Below are positions 14,362 through 24,545 of a DNA stretch of 64,000 nucleotides, in pieces. The first letter of the stretch is position 1; each line of letters opens with the position of its first letter. Both the position numbers and the translations under genes were made by a program. Below the pieces are notes generated by a model, which saw nothing but the letters and a program-made list of their open reading frames with translations, was not told the origin of the DNA and searched no databases. The stretch is taken from positions 1 to 64,000 of the IMG/VR virus record IMGVR_UViG_3300046328_000221. One strand, written 5' to 3'. Origin of the DNA: a virus.

Positions 14362-14933
14362 GTTGTCTTTAGTATTGTTCTAAAAGTAACGTTTGAGTAG
14401 TTACCAGCAAAACTATTAATATTTTCAATTCTAGTAGCATGTCCATGTTTCGGGGCATGAATCATCTTGCCATTACCAATATAAACACCAACGTGGTAAG
14501 CATCGCTATTTCCCTTATAGTGAAATACGACTAGATCTCCAGGCTTTGGATCTTTAGTCTGAACTCCAGAAGTATCCTGCTTAGATGCACGATGCTCTAG
14601 CTCAATACCAACCTGCTCATAAAACCACATTGTAAGTCCAGAACAGTCCCAGCCAGCTGGCGTAGCACCTGAGAATACATACCATGTTTTATTTACATGG
14701 CTGCTTAACTTTTTAATTGCTTTGGTTACTTTAAGAGTATTTTCTTGAAGTTTCATTTCATGCAGCATCTTAGCCTTTGCTTGGGCTTTAAGCTCAGCTT
14801 TGTGGATCATAGCTACTGATACGTGATCTCCACGAACAGTTTGGGGTAATGTAGATCCTTGGGCAGTTCCAGCAGTAATACTACCAGTTGCCAGTGTAAA
14901 AATTGTGGTTCCTATTAGCAATAATTCTTTCAT
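14358..14933 (-). CDS. secreted NlpC/P60 peptidoglycan endopeptidase
   Basis: signal peptide; YVFSG..PAGWDCSGLT, PGDLVVF, HVGVYIGNGKMIHA catalytic motifs. Confidence 0.9.
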   Translation of the reverse strand: MKELLLIGTTIFTLATGSITAGTAQGSTLPQTVRGDHVSVAMIHKAELKAQAKAKMLHEMKLQENTLKVTKAIKKLSSHVNKTWYVFSGATPAGWDCSGLTMWFYEQVGIELEHRASKQDTSGVQTKDPKPGDLVVFHYKGNSDAYHVGVYIGNGKMIHAPKHGHATRIENINSFAGNYSNVTFRTILKTT

Positions 14934-15005
14934 AAATTACTACCTCCTTTTTATTCTTTTCGTTGTTACGGTACCAGCATCAGTACCTTGGCGACAATAT
15001 TTTTA

Positions 15006-15083
15006 TTAGTGCGATAGCAATAAATATGTCTGTTGCTGAGAGTTAGTATTGATTTCTACTTTGTTGTTACTCTGCTTAATCAT
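15006..15083 (-). CDS. 25-aa upstream peptide in the NlpC/P60 leader (MIKQSNNKVEINTNSQQQTYLLLSH)
   Basis: AAGGAGG RBS; TGGTATAAT promoter and AACTTCTT-GCAA-AAGAAGTT hairpin upstream. Confidence 0.5.
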   Translation of the reverse strand: MIKQSNNKVEINTNSQQQTYLLLSH

Positions 15084-15213
15084 TTGTCCTCCTTAGAACA
15101 AAAACTTCTTTTGCAAGAAGTTAGATATCAATTATACCATTGTTTACCTTCCGTTTTAAGTCTCATATATTTTATTGAAATAAAATTATCAATTATGGTA
15201 TAATTAAGACATT

Positions 15214-15606
15214 ATGGCTAGAACTTCTGGATACAATGTTGGTGCAATTCCACCTCAAGTTACATGGACAGTCGTTCGTGGAGATACCGCTTCATTTAAG
15301 GTATATGTAACAGATGATGCTAAGCAGCCACTAAATATTCCAGACTGGACAATCTCTATGAAGATTAAGCGTCCAAACTTACTGTCGGATGCTGGAGTAA
15401 TTACAGATGATGCAACACTAAAGTTTACCCTAACTCCAGAACAAGATCCAGATGACTTGCCTGGAGAATTTACAGTTTTTCTATCTGATACAGAGTCTGT
15501 AGAGTTAGCAACAGGAGATATTTTTGATATCCAGCTATCACAGGTAGGAACTGTATGGACAGTTGCCCAGGGTAAAATGATTATCCTGGAAGATGTAACT
15601 GACTAA
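15214..15606 (+). CDS. virion structural protein (BppU-like)
   Basis: VVRGDT motif; paralog of 12104. Confidence 0.65.
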   Translation: MARTSGYNVGAIPPQVTWTVVRGDTASFKVYVTDDAKQPLNIPDWTISMKIKRPNLLSDAGVITDDATLKFTLTPEQDPDDLPGEFTVFLSDTESVELATGDIFDIQLSQVGTVWTVAQGKMIILEDVTD

Positions 15607-15917
15607 TGGCTCAAGCTGTAATTAGAGATTCTAAAAATAATGTTTTACAAAATTTAGCAGATAAATCTGCCAGGAATACAAAGATATCCCCTATTGATCA
15701 TAATTCAGTAGTTATAGATATAAGCAATAAGACAAAAAATGTTAAAGCAAAAAACTACCCTATTACTAAGATAAATGATATTGTCAGAAATGTAGCAATT
15801 AATCAGGTATTGCCTTTTAGGATTAAGTTTACAACAGTTACTATTCCAGGATATGGTCCAAACAACCCTGCACCAATTGGAATTGCTGTTATTGGAGTAA
15901 ATAATTATATCCTATAA
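15606..15917 (+). CDS. hypothetical structural protein
   Basis: ORF track; TAATG coupling. Confidence 0.6.
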   Translation: MAQAVIRDSKNNVLQNLADKSARNTKISPIDHNSVVIDISNKTKNVKAKNYPITKINDIVRNVAINQVLPFRIKFTTVTIPGYGPNNPAPIGIAVIGVNNYIL

Positions 15918-15950
15918 AATGGTATAATTATAGTTTAGGGGAAGTGAACC

Positions 15951-17816
15951 GTGACTACAAATAGCAAGAACTTTAAAGTTAAGAATGGCTTAGATGCCAC
16001 TGGAACCATAACTGGCCTTGACTTGGTATCTACTGCATCTTCTGGTAATGAAGGTGGAGAGATTCGTCTTGCTACCGCTGCAACTGGGTCAACCCTTACA
16101 GCAGGCACAGTTACTATTGATGTTTTTCAAAACAAGCTTCGTATTTTTGAAACAGGTGGAACTAATCGTGGAGCATACATTGACCTGTCTGCTGCAACTA
16201 CTGGAGTAGGATCAAACCTTTTATCTGGCGGCGGTGCTGGAACTGTAACAAGCATTACAGCAGGAACTACAGGGCTAACTGGTGGCACCATCACCTCATC
16301 TGGAACTATTGATATTGATACTACAAAAGTACCAAGACTTTTAACAAACACAAATACTTTTGCTGCAAGCACGGGTGCAACAACACTTATAGTAAAACAA
16401 GGTGCAACACAAAGCACTACAAGCTTGCAAGAATGGCAGGATAGTGCTGGAACTATTTTATCAAAAATTAGCTCAAGCGGTGCACTCAATGCCACATCAA
16501 TTAGTAACACGGCAAATACTGGTCCTGTAATTACACTTTCATCAAATCAGTTAAGAATTGATACTAGAGCCGTTGGTTCGGTTGGTCTTATTGTGAAGGG
16601 CACAGCTTCTCAAACAGCCTCACTACAAGAGTGGCAGGATTCTACTGGGACATTAATGTCCTATATAGATTCATCTGGAAGTTTCAAGGTGGGTCCGACA
16701 GGTACATATGCCTCAATCGGTTCAACTGGAACTATTGGTATGTCATATGGGACAATTAATGGCAACCTTGGTGGAACCATGTTGTCCATTACTTCTAACA
16801 ACGTAGCAAATGCTGGAATAAAGATAAAGTCAATTGCCAGTCAAACTGCCAACATGGTAGAAATTTTAAATAGTACTGGAACTACAGTTGTATCTAAAAT
16901 CGACACTACTGGAAATATTACTGGCGCTTCATTTGTAAAGACCAGTGGAACATCAACTCAGTTCCTAAAGGCAGATGGTTCTGTAGATTCATCTACATAC
17001 TTAACTTCAGCAGTAACATCAATTGCTGGAACAACTAATCAAATAGCAGTTTCAGGAGCTACTGGATCTGTCACGTTATCTCTTCCAACTGCAGTTACAG
17101 TAGATACTATTAATGTTACTACTCTAAATGTTTCGGGTACTCAAAATATTTTTGATGTTACAAACCTATCAGTAACAGACTCTTTAATTTATCTAGCAGA
17201 TAGTCAATTTGATGCAGATGTTCTTGATATTGGTATTTATGGAGCATACGGAGATGCAGGTGCTGGACATTTCCATACTGGATTAGTCCGTGATGCTACT
17301 GACGGTATTTGGAAATTAGTTTCTGGAACACCTGAGCCAGCTAGCAATGTTGTTAATTTTACTGGTGCAACGTATGACACGTTACTTGCAGGATCATTTA
17401 AGAAAAATGGTGGTACATCAAGTGAATTCCTAAAAGCAGATGGTTCTGTAGATAGTAGCACATATTTGACTACAGGAAATGCATCTTCTACATATGCACC
17501 ACTAGTATCTCCATCTTTCACAACGCCATCTCTGGGTGAAGCAACCGCTACCTCTATCAATAGCACGACTATTCCATCAAGTGCTACCTTAATTACCACT
17601 ACTTCTGGAACTGCATTATTAGCAGCAGATATTGCTGGAGGAACCGCTGGTCAAATTCCATATCAGTCTGCAGCAGACACAACTGTGTTTATAGCTACTG
17701 GAACTGCTGGACAGGTTTTAACATCAAATGGAACATCTGCTCCTACTTGGAGTACTCCATCTGCTTCTGTAGCCAGCACAGATTTCTCTCCGATCTTTAT
17801 GATGATGGGGGCTTAA
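15951..17816 (+). CDS. tail fibre-like protein
   Basis: S/T/G-rich; internal repeats LQEWQDS and FLKADGSVDSSTYLT; GTAGQVLTSNGT motif; N-terminus KNFKVKNGL like 26561. Confidence 0.75.
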   Translation: MTTNSKNFKVKNGLDATGTITGLDLVSTASSGNEGGEIRLATAATGSTLTAGTVTIDVFQNKLRIFETGGTNRGAYIDLSAATTGVGSNLLSGGGAGTVTSITAGTTGLTGGTITSSGTIDIDTTKVPRLLTNTNTFAASTGATTLIVKQGATQSTTSLQEWQDSAGTILSKISSSGALNATSISNTANTGPVITLSSNQLRIDTRAVGSVGLIVKGTASQTASLQEWQDSTGTLMSYIDSSGSFKVGPTGTYASIGSTGTIGMSYGTINGNLGGTMLSITSNNVANAGIKIKSIASQTANMVEILNSTGTTVVSKIDTTGNITGASFVKTSGTSTQFLKADGSVDSSTYLTSAVTSIAGTTNQIAVSGATGSVTLSLPTAVTVDTINVTTLNVSGTQNIFDVTNLSVTDSLIYLADSQFDADVLDIGIYGAYGDAGAGHFHTGLVRDATDGIWKLVSGTPEPASNVVNFTGATYDTLLAGSFKKNGGTSSEFLKADGSVDSSTYLTTGNASSTYAPLVSPSFTTPSLGEATATSINSTTIPSSATLITTTSGTALLAADIAGGTAGQIPYQSAADTTVFIATGTAGQVLTSNGTSAPTWSTPSASVASTDFSPIFMMMGA

Positions 17817-17819
17817 TCC

Positions 17820-19007
17820 ATGGCAATATATTATTCAGTCTTAGGACAGGTACAGCCAACAAGCACTGCAGAAACAGACTTATATCGTCCACAAGGATCT
17901 GCAATCGTTTCTACTTTGGCAATTACCAATACTTCAGATTATCAATCAAATGCTAGCGTATATATAAATACTGGATCTACTCTTTCAGATGCAATTAACT
18001 GGGTTCCTATAAATGCAAATATAGGAACTAATATTATTTATACTGTTGCTTATAAAAATGGTCTTTATTTTGCTGCTAGCAGTAACGGTGTCTATTCAAC
18101 CTCTACAGATGCCGTTGTATGGACTACAAGAAGTATGCCAGTAGGTACAAATATTATTAAAGGTATTGCTTATGGAGCAGGGGTCTATGTCGCTGTTGCT
18201 CAATCAGCAGCTGCCTCATCAACAGATGGCATTACTTGGGTAACTCGAAATATTGGTTTGGGCGGTATTGCTAATACGGTAATCTTTTCAAATGGGCTAT
18301 TTATTGCAGCAGGGTCTGGACCCTCCATTGGCAATATGAAAATTTCTACAGATGGAATTACGTGGACACCAAGATTTGTCCCTGGAACCACGATAACAGA
18401 AATTCTTTATGAAAATGGCATATATATTGCATCTGCATATCAAGGTGTGGTATATACATCTACAGACTCTATTACCTGGTCAACCCGTGACACTGGTATT
18501 GGAACAAGCGATATTCTTGCTATGGGATATGGAAATGGTATCTTTGTTGTTGGAGCTAGGAATAGAGCAGTGGCCACATCTACAGACGGAATTACTTGGA
18601 CAACTCGTAATCCTAATTTAACCACTGTAGGTAATATTAATGAAATTAGTTTTGGAAACAACACATATATAATAGTTGCAGATACTGGTAATATATCTAC
18701 CTCAACAGATGCAGTAACTTGGTCGCTCCGCACATCTAATTTTGGAACATCAAATATTAATTCAATATCTTACAATGATGGACTATTCTTAGCTGGAGGA
18801 GCAGGAGGTACAATGAGAGCTAGTTTTGGTGGTAACTATGATGCATCATCTAGTTCAAATGCTATTTTATATAATACTCCAATTTCTCCAAAATCAACGG
18901 TACCTTTAACAATAGGAATTGCTTTAGAAAACACAAATAAGATATCTGTGCAGTCAAGTATGCCAAACACTTTAACCTTTAATGTATTTGGGAGCGAGAC
19001 AATATAA
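17820..19007 (+). CDS. Asp-box (STDGITW) beta-propeller protein within a split scaffold domain
   Basis: about 7 repeats of 40 aa; termini homologous to 20218..20571. Confidence 0.8.
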   Translation: MAIYYSVLGQVQPTSTAETDLYRPQGSAIVSTLAITNTSDYQSNASVYINTGSTLSDAINWVPINANIGTNIIYTVAYKNGLYFAASSNGVYSTSTDAVVWTTRSMPVGTNIIKGIAYGAGVYVAVAQSAAASSTDGITWVTRNIGLGGIANTVIFSNGLFIAAGSGPSIGNMKISTDGITWTPRFVPGTTITEILYENGIYIASAYQGVVYTSTDSITWSTRDTGIGTSDILAMGYGNGIFVVGARNRAVATSTDGITWTTRNPNLTTVGNINEISFGNNTYIIVADTGNISTSTDAVTWSLRTSNFGTSNINSISYNDGLFLAGGAGGTMRASFGGNYDASSSSNAILYNTPISPKSTVPLTIGIALENTNKISVQSSMPNTLTFNVFGSETI

Positions 19008-20218
19008 TGGCAACTTTATACAAAGTTTTAGGAATAGCAACACCAGTAGGAAATACAATCCTCACTGGACCATATGCACCAGCAGAATCCATAATATCTT
19101 CTTTAGTAATTTGCAATACTACATCAAATATAGCTAAAGCCAATGTTTATATTCAAAAATTTGGAGATGCTATTACTTGGACTACTCGTAACTCAAGCTT
19201 TGGAACAACTGGAATTACTGCTCTAACCTATCCAAATGATATTTCAATTGATCCAATATTTGTAGCAGGAGGTGCTAGCGGAACCCTAGCTACCTCAACA
19301 GATGGAATTACTTGGACTCTTAGAAATTCTGGATTTGGAGCTAACGCAATTTCGGCTTTAGCTTATGCAAGCTATTCAGGAACTTACATTGCAGCTGGAG
19401 CTTCAGGTACGTTATCTACAAGTAATGGCGGTATTGTGTGGACCACCCGTACCTCCACTTTTGGAACTACTGCAATTAATGCTTTAACTTCTGGCAATTT
19501 TATACTAGTAGCTGCTGGAGCAGCTGGCCAAATTAGAACATCTAGCGATAATGGGATTACTTGGGTAACAAGAACATCTAATTTTGGAACATCATCAATA
19601 AATGCACTAACTTTTGGAAATGGAATCTATGTAGCAGCAGGTGCTGGTGGTGCCATAAGAACTTCAACAGATTCAATTACCTGGACTACTAGACTTTCTG
19701 GCACAACAGCAAGCTTTGCTTCTCTAACATATGGAAATGGTATATATGTAGCTGGTACATCAACTGGGGTTCTAGTTACATCTACCGATTCAATTACATG
19801 GTCTACAAGATCTGCAAACTTTGGAACATCTGCAATCTCTGCATTAATATATAATGATATTTCTGGTATTTATGTTGCTGCAGGGTCAGGTGCAGCTAAT
19901 GCACAAATGTCTACCTCAACAGATGGTATTACTTGGACTACTAGAAGCATCACTCTAGCATCTAATACCGCTACTGCATTAACTTATGGAAATTCTGGAG
20001 GAACCTACCTTGTTGCAGGAGCTAGCGGTAGCTTGTCAATGTCTGGAAATTATACTACTGGAATAACAACACAGATATTGTCAAACTACAGTATTCAGCC
20101 AAATGACACAAAAGTACTAACTTTGGGAATTACTTTAGACTCTAATGACTATATTACAGTTAACTCATCAATAAATTCTGCACTTACCTTTACTGCTTTT
20201 GGAAGTGAGATTTCATAA
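19007..20218 (+). CDS. Asp-box beta-propeller protein within a split scaffold domain
   Basis: same architecture as 17820. Confidence 0.8.
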   Translation: MATLYKVLGIATPVGNTILTGPYAPAESIISSLVICNTTSNIAKANVYIQKFGDAITWTTRNSSFGTTGITALTYPNDISIDPIFVAGGASGTLATSTDGITWTLRNSGFGANAISALAYASYSGTYIAAGASGTLSTSNGGIVWTTRTSTFGTTAINALTSGNFILVAAGAAGQIRTSSDNGITWVTRTSNFGTSSINALTFGNGIYVAAGAGGAIRTSTDSITWTTRLSGTTASFASLTYGNGIYVAGTSTGVLVTSTDSITWSTRSANFGTSAISALIYNDISGIYVAAGSGAANAQMSTSTDGITWTTRSITLASNTATALTYGNSGGTYLVAGASGSLSMSGNYTTGITTQILSNYSIQPNDTKVLTLGITLDSNDYITVNSSINSALTFTAFGSEIS

Positions 20219-20571
20219 TGGCAACTACATATAAAATTTTAGGTCAGTCTACACCAGTAGTAACTTTTGCGACTAATCTTACTGCTGGGCTAATAACACT
20301 ATTTTCACAATCTTGTGTAGTATCGACTGTAACAATAACAAACACAACACCTTTGCCAGTAGTATATAGTATTTATATTGCTAGAAATGGATCTTCTACA
20401 ACAAATGAGTCTACTGCATTAATATATCGTCAAACTATAAATCCATATGATATAATTCCATTAACGATGGGAATCACTTTGGGATTTATAACTGGATCAG
20501 ATAATATCTATGTTCAATCAGAAACAGCCTCAGCACTAACCTTTATGGCATTTGGGAGCAAAATTAGCTAA
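20218..20571 (+). CDS. stand-alone scaffold domain (MATTYKILGQ...LTFMAFGSKIS)
   Basis: matches joined N- and C-termini of 17820 and 19007. Confidence 0.75.
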   Translation: MATTYKILGQSTPVVTFATNLTAGLITLFSQSCVVSTVTITNTTPLPVVYSIYIARNGSSTTNESTALIYRQTINPYDIIPLTMGITLGFITGSDNIYVQSETASALTFMAFGSKIS

Positions 20572-22634
20572 TGTCGATTAATGAGCTTGGTGTTAAAGTT
20601 TCTGGATCTTCAATTGGATCTGTTGGGACAATATTCTCAAAAGTCTATAACGGAACTTTTGATAGAAAAGTTTATAATGAATATGTAGATATTCCTACTG
20701 GAGAATATTCTATTTATATAAATACCCAAGGCACAGAAGGAAATACAACGGTAGACCTATCTGACTCACAGGGAATAGAGCAAAAAAGGTATACAGTTGC
20801 AAATAACACATCAACTACTGACTATTTTTATTTTAAAGAAGTTGTAGACACTGTCCCTTTTAATAGTCTTTCAGCATGGACTACCAGAGCTTCTAATATA
20901 TCAAGTTCAAAACCTATAGCATATTCTGGAAATCTGTATGTTATTGGAGGCTCTACTGGTCAGTTATCAACATCTACAGATACTATTACTTGGGTAACTC
21001 GCAATGCGAACTTTGCAACATCTTCAATAAATGCAATTACTTTTGGAAATGGAATTTTTGTTGCAGGTGGTGCAGCAGGATGGCTCACCACATCCACAGA
21101 TGGAATTACTTGGACAACTCGTGCAGCAAACTTTGCAACATCAGCAATTAATGCTTTGATTTTTGGAAATGGAATTTTTGTTGCAGGCGGTGCAGGTGGA
21201 CTAATCAGAACTTCCACAGATGGAATAACTTGGACTACTAGAACAAATAGCATGAACATCAACGCAGTTCAAGGTCTTGCTTATGGCAATGGAATTTATG
21301 TAGCTGCTGGTGCTTCTGGAAATATCTCTACTTCCACAGATGGAATAACTTGGACTACCAGATATACAAACTTTGGTACATCAACAATAAATGCAGTTAC
21401 TTTTGGAAATGAGATTTTCTTAGCTGGAGGAGCAGGAGGAGCTTTAGTTACTTCGACAAATGGAATAACTTGGACACAAAGAAACAGCTCTTCGGGAAAT
21501 GTGGATATTGCTGGTCTAGCATATGGAAATGGAACATACTTTTTATCAAACACTAGTGGATTTGTAAATGCCTCAACAGATGGAATTACTTGGAGTACAA
21601 GTAGTGCACCATTATTATCAGGAGGCCCACTACTATTTGGACCACATGGACTAGTCTCTATAGGAAATCTAGCTTCAGGTATAATTGCAACAGCTCAATT
21701 ACAAAGATCACAATTATCAAATGTATCTACAACATTAGCAGATACTGGAGTTTGGACTACCCGTACAGTAAACTTTGGAACGTCTACAGTACAATATCTA
21801 ACATATGGTAATGGATTATACCTTGCTGGAAGCTCTGGTGGATTAATCTCAACATCTGTAGACTCTGCTACTTGGACAACACGTGTATCTGGTTTTACAA
21901 CTGCACAAACAGTGTATGGGATAACTTATGGAAACGGACTCTATGTCGCAGTCGGTGGTCAGACATCAACCTCTTCTAACATTTCTACTTCTACAAACGG
22001 AACCACTTGGACAACTAGATCACATGCTTTTGCAACTAATGCCATTCTTTCAGTATGCTATGGCGGAGGTTTGTATGTTGCAGGTGCTCAGGGCGGACTT
22101 CTAGCTACCTCAACCGATGGAATTACCTGGACTACAAGAAGTGCTAACTTATCCACCAACCAGGTTCAGGCTCTTTTTTATAATAATGGACTATACCTTG
22201 CAGCAGGGGCAACAAACACGTTATCGACCTCAACCGATGGAATTACCTGGACTACAAGAAGCGTCACTGGAACTATAGCATCTATTACTTTTGGAAATGG
22301 TAAATATCTAGCTACTGCTGGAACTGGATCAATTATAACATCTACGGATGGAATAGCTTGGACAATATCTACACCCCCAATCTTTCTTAGCTCAAATCTT
22401 TTTTCATCAACATATGCTAATGGATATTATCACGTATCTGGTGTCAACGGAAATATTTTTATTTCATCTGATCTAACATATTGGTCAAAACGTGAAGTAA
22501 GTCTTGGAACAAACACTGTTCAGTCACTTACCTATGGAAATGGAATATTTTTGGCTGGTGGTCTTGGAGGGGTACTGTCAACAAGAACTCAAGGAAAAGT
22601 TTTAGTTCAAATATCTAAGTTAGGGACAGTGTAA
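20571..22634 (+). CDS. double Asp-box beta-propeller protein
   Basis: two blocks of STDGITWTTR repeats. Confidence 0.8.
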   Translation: MSINELGVKVSGSSIGSVGTIFSKVYNGTFDRKVYNEYVDIPTGEYSIYINTQGTEGNTTVDLSDSQGIEQKRYTVANNTSTTDYFYFKEVVDTVPFNSLSAWTTRASNISSSKPIAYSGNLYVIGGSTGQLSTSTDTITWVTRNANFATSSINAITFGNGIFVAGGAAGWLTTSTDGITWTTRAANFATSAINALIFGNGIFVAGGAGGLIRTSTDGITWTTRTNSMNINAVQGLAYGNGIYVAAGASGNISTSTDGITWTTRYTNFGTSTINAVTFGNEIFLAGGAGGALVTSTNGITWTQRNSSSGNVDIAGLAYGNGTYFLSNTSGFVNASTDGITWSTSSAPLLSGGPLLFGPHGLVSIGNLASGIIATAQLQRSQLSNVSTTLADTGVWTTRTVNFGTSTVQYLTYGNGLYLAGSSGGLISTSVDSATWTTRVSGFTTAQTVYGITYGNGLYVAVGGQTSTSSNISTSTNGTTWTTRSHAFATNAILSVCYGGGLYVAGAQGGLLATSTDGITWTTRSANLSTNQVQALFYNNGLYLAAGATNTLSTSTDGITWTTRSVTGTIASITFGNGKYLATAGTGSIITSTDGIAWTISTPPIFLSSNLFSSTYANGYYHVSGVNGNIFISSDLTYWSKREVSLGTNTVQSLTYGNGIFLAGGLGGVLSTRTQGKVLVQISKLGTV

Positions 22635-23833
22635 TGGCAATATCTGACATATCAAATACTAAAAGTTTATATAACCCAACTGGCGGATCTGGATTAGTTT
22701 TTTCTAAAATTATCTATGGTCCATGGAATCCAAATGCCTCAACATTGTCATATAGTATGACTAATCCAATGTCCTCTGGAAATTATATTGTGTATGGTGC
22801 AAAAACTCAGGGAGCAAATCCATTGGTAGTATCCGTCTTGGATCAGTCTGGAGCACTACTCGGATCATACACCCTTCCATTATTATCATCTGGAGCAACA
22901 AACACACTTATAGATATTCCAAATATGGCATCTACAGTAACAGCAACATATACTGGGACAGCCTGGACTACTAGAACCTCTGGATTTGGTGTCTCAGCAA
23001 TACTTGCGTTATCTTACTTTAATGGCCTATTTGTTGCAGGAGGTGCAGGTGGAGCACTAACCACTTCAACAGATGGAACTACTTGGACAGCAAGAACATC
23101 AACTTTTGGAACATCTCAAATTCAAGCTCTTACCTATGGAAATGGATTCTTTGTTGCAGGAGGGGCAGGCGGCCAGATCAGAACTTCTACAGATGGTATC
23201 ACATGGGTAACAAGAACTGCTAACTTTGCTACTAATGCTATCAATGCTCTTACTTATGGAAATGGTCTTTATGTGGCTGGTGGCAACTTTGGACAATTAA
23301 CGATATCAACAGATGCTATTACATGGGTAACTAGAAATGCAAATTTTTCAGCATTATCTGGAATCAATGCTCTTGCTTATGGTAATGGAGTATTCCTTGC
23401 AGGTGGCTCAGCAGGATGGCTTACCACATCTACAGATGGAATTACGTGGACTACTAGAAATGCAAACTTTTCTTCTGGAAATGATATCCTATCTATTACC
23501 TATTTCAATGGATTATATATAGCAACTGGTCAATCTGGAAATCTTACAACTTCTACAGACACCATTACATGGGTAACTAGGTCATCAGTAATTGGCGGTA
23601 GCATTTCTGCTAGTGCTTATGCAAAAGAATCATATGTGATTGCTGGATCCTCTGGACTTATGGCTACTTCAACAGACGGAATAACTTGGACATCAAGAAA
23701 TGCAAATTTTGCAACATCTACGATAAATGCTATAACTTTTGGAAATAACATATTTGTGGCTGGTGGTGCAGGAGCATGGATGACTACCAACGAAACTGGA
23801 TTTTCTGGAATTTTTCAAATTTATCAAATATAG
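22634..23833 (+). CDS. Asp-box beta-propeller protein
   Basis: 40-aa repeats; N-terminus similar to 20571. Confidence 0.8.
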   Translation: MAISDISNTKSLYNPTGGSGLVFSKIIYGPWNPNASTLSYSMTNPMSSGNYIVYGAKTQGANPLVVSVLDQSGALLGSYTLPLLSSGATNTLIDIPNMASTVTATYTGTAWTTRTSGFGVSAILALSYFNGLFVAGGAGGALTTSTDGTTWTARTSTFGTSQIQALTYGNGFFVAGGAGGQIRTSTDGITWVTRTANFATNAINALTYGNGLYVAGGNFGQLTISTDAITWVTRNANFSALSGINALAYGNGVFLAGGSAGWLTTSTDGITWTTRNANFSSGNDILSITYFNGLYIATGQSGNLTTSTDTITWVTRSSVIGGSISASAYAKESYVIAGSSGLMATSTDGITWTSRNANFATSTINAITFGNNIFVAGGAGAWMTTNETGFSGIFQIYQI

Positions 23834-23870
23834 CTAGACAAAGTCACTTGATAGTGCTATAATCATATTT

Positions 23871-24545
23871 ATGACAAAACCACATGTAAATTTAATTATT
23901 GCAACTCCTGGCCATTCTATGATGACTAGTTACGTTCGTAGCCTATTGGCTGCTACCCAACTTTTATCATCAAAGGGGATTACCTGGGCGTGGAGTTCTG
24001 AATATTCTTCTCACGTAGCAGATGCTCGTGAAATGACCATGAACGGTGATAATCAAAATGATCCTTCAGAAATGCGACCATTTAAGGGAGAGATTACATA
24101 TGATAAGATCCTTTGGATTGATTCTGACATTGCTTTTGCCCCTGAAGATGTTATTAAAATGTATGAATCAGATTATGATGTAGTTTCTGGTGCATACTTG
24201 CTGGCTTCTGGAGAATGTGTAGTCTACAAAGAACTATTTGGGCAAGGATATTCATTTGAAGAAGTAAAGAAAATGACTAAGCCCGTCAAGGTATTTGGAG
24301 CTGGATTTGGATTTCTTTGCGTAAAGCAGGGCATCTTTGAGAAGCTAACTCGTCCATGGTTTCAGTCTCCAATGGCATCTAAAACTATGTCTAACGGAGA
24401 AACCTTTACTTTCCCAATCATGGGCGAAGACCTTTCGTGGTGCAAACGTGTAAATGACTTAGGTTACGAGATTTGGTTTGATCCATCAGTCAAGGTAACA
24501 CACCATAAAATGATGAAGTTAACTTGGGATGGAATTCTTCCATAA
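23871..24545 (+). CDS. GT-A-fold glycosyltransferase
   Basis: ILWIDSDI (DxD), GAGFGFLCVK, GEDLSWC, DPSVKVTHHK. Confidence 0.8.
   Translation: MTKPHVNLIIATPGHSMMTSYVRSLLAATQLLSSKGITWAWSSEYSSHVADAREMTMNGDNQNDPSEMRPFKGEITYDKILWIDSDIAFAPEDVIKMYESDYDVVSGAYLLASGECVVYKELFGQGYSFEEVKKMTKPVKVFGAGFGFLCVKQGIFEKLTRPWFQSPMASKTMSNGETFTFPIMGEDLSWCKRVNDLGYEIWFDPSVKVTHHKMMKLTWDGILP

Noticed and set aside
17820-23833. Diversity-generating retroelement
   Set aside because: No reverse transcriptase in the window; repeats are in-frame blades with no adenine-specific template/variable pattern.
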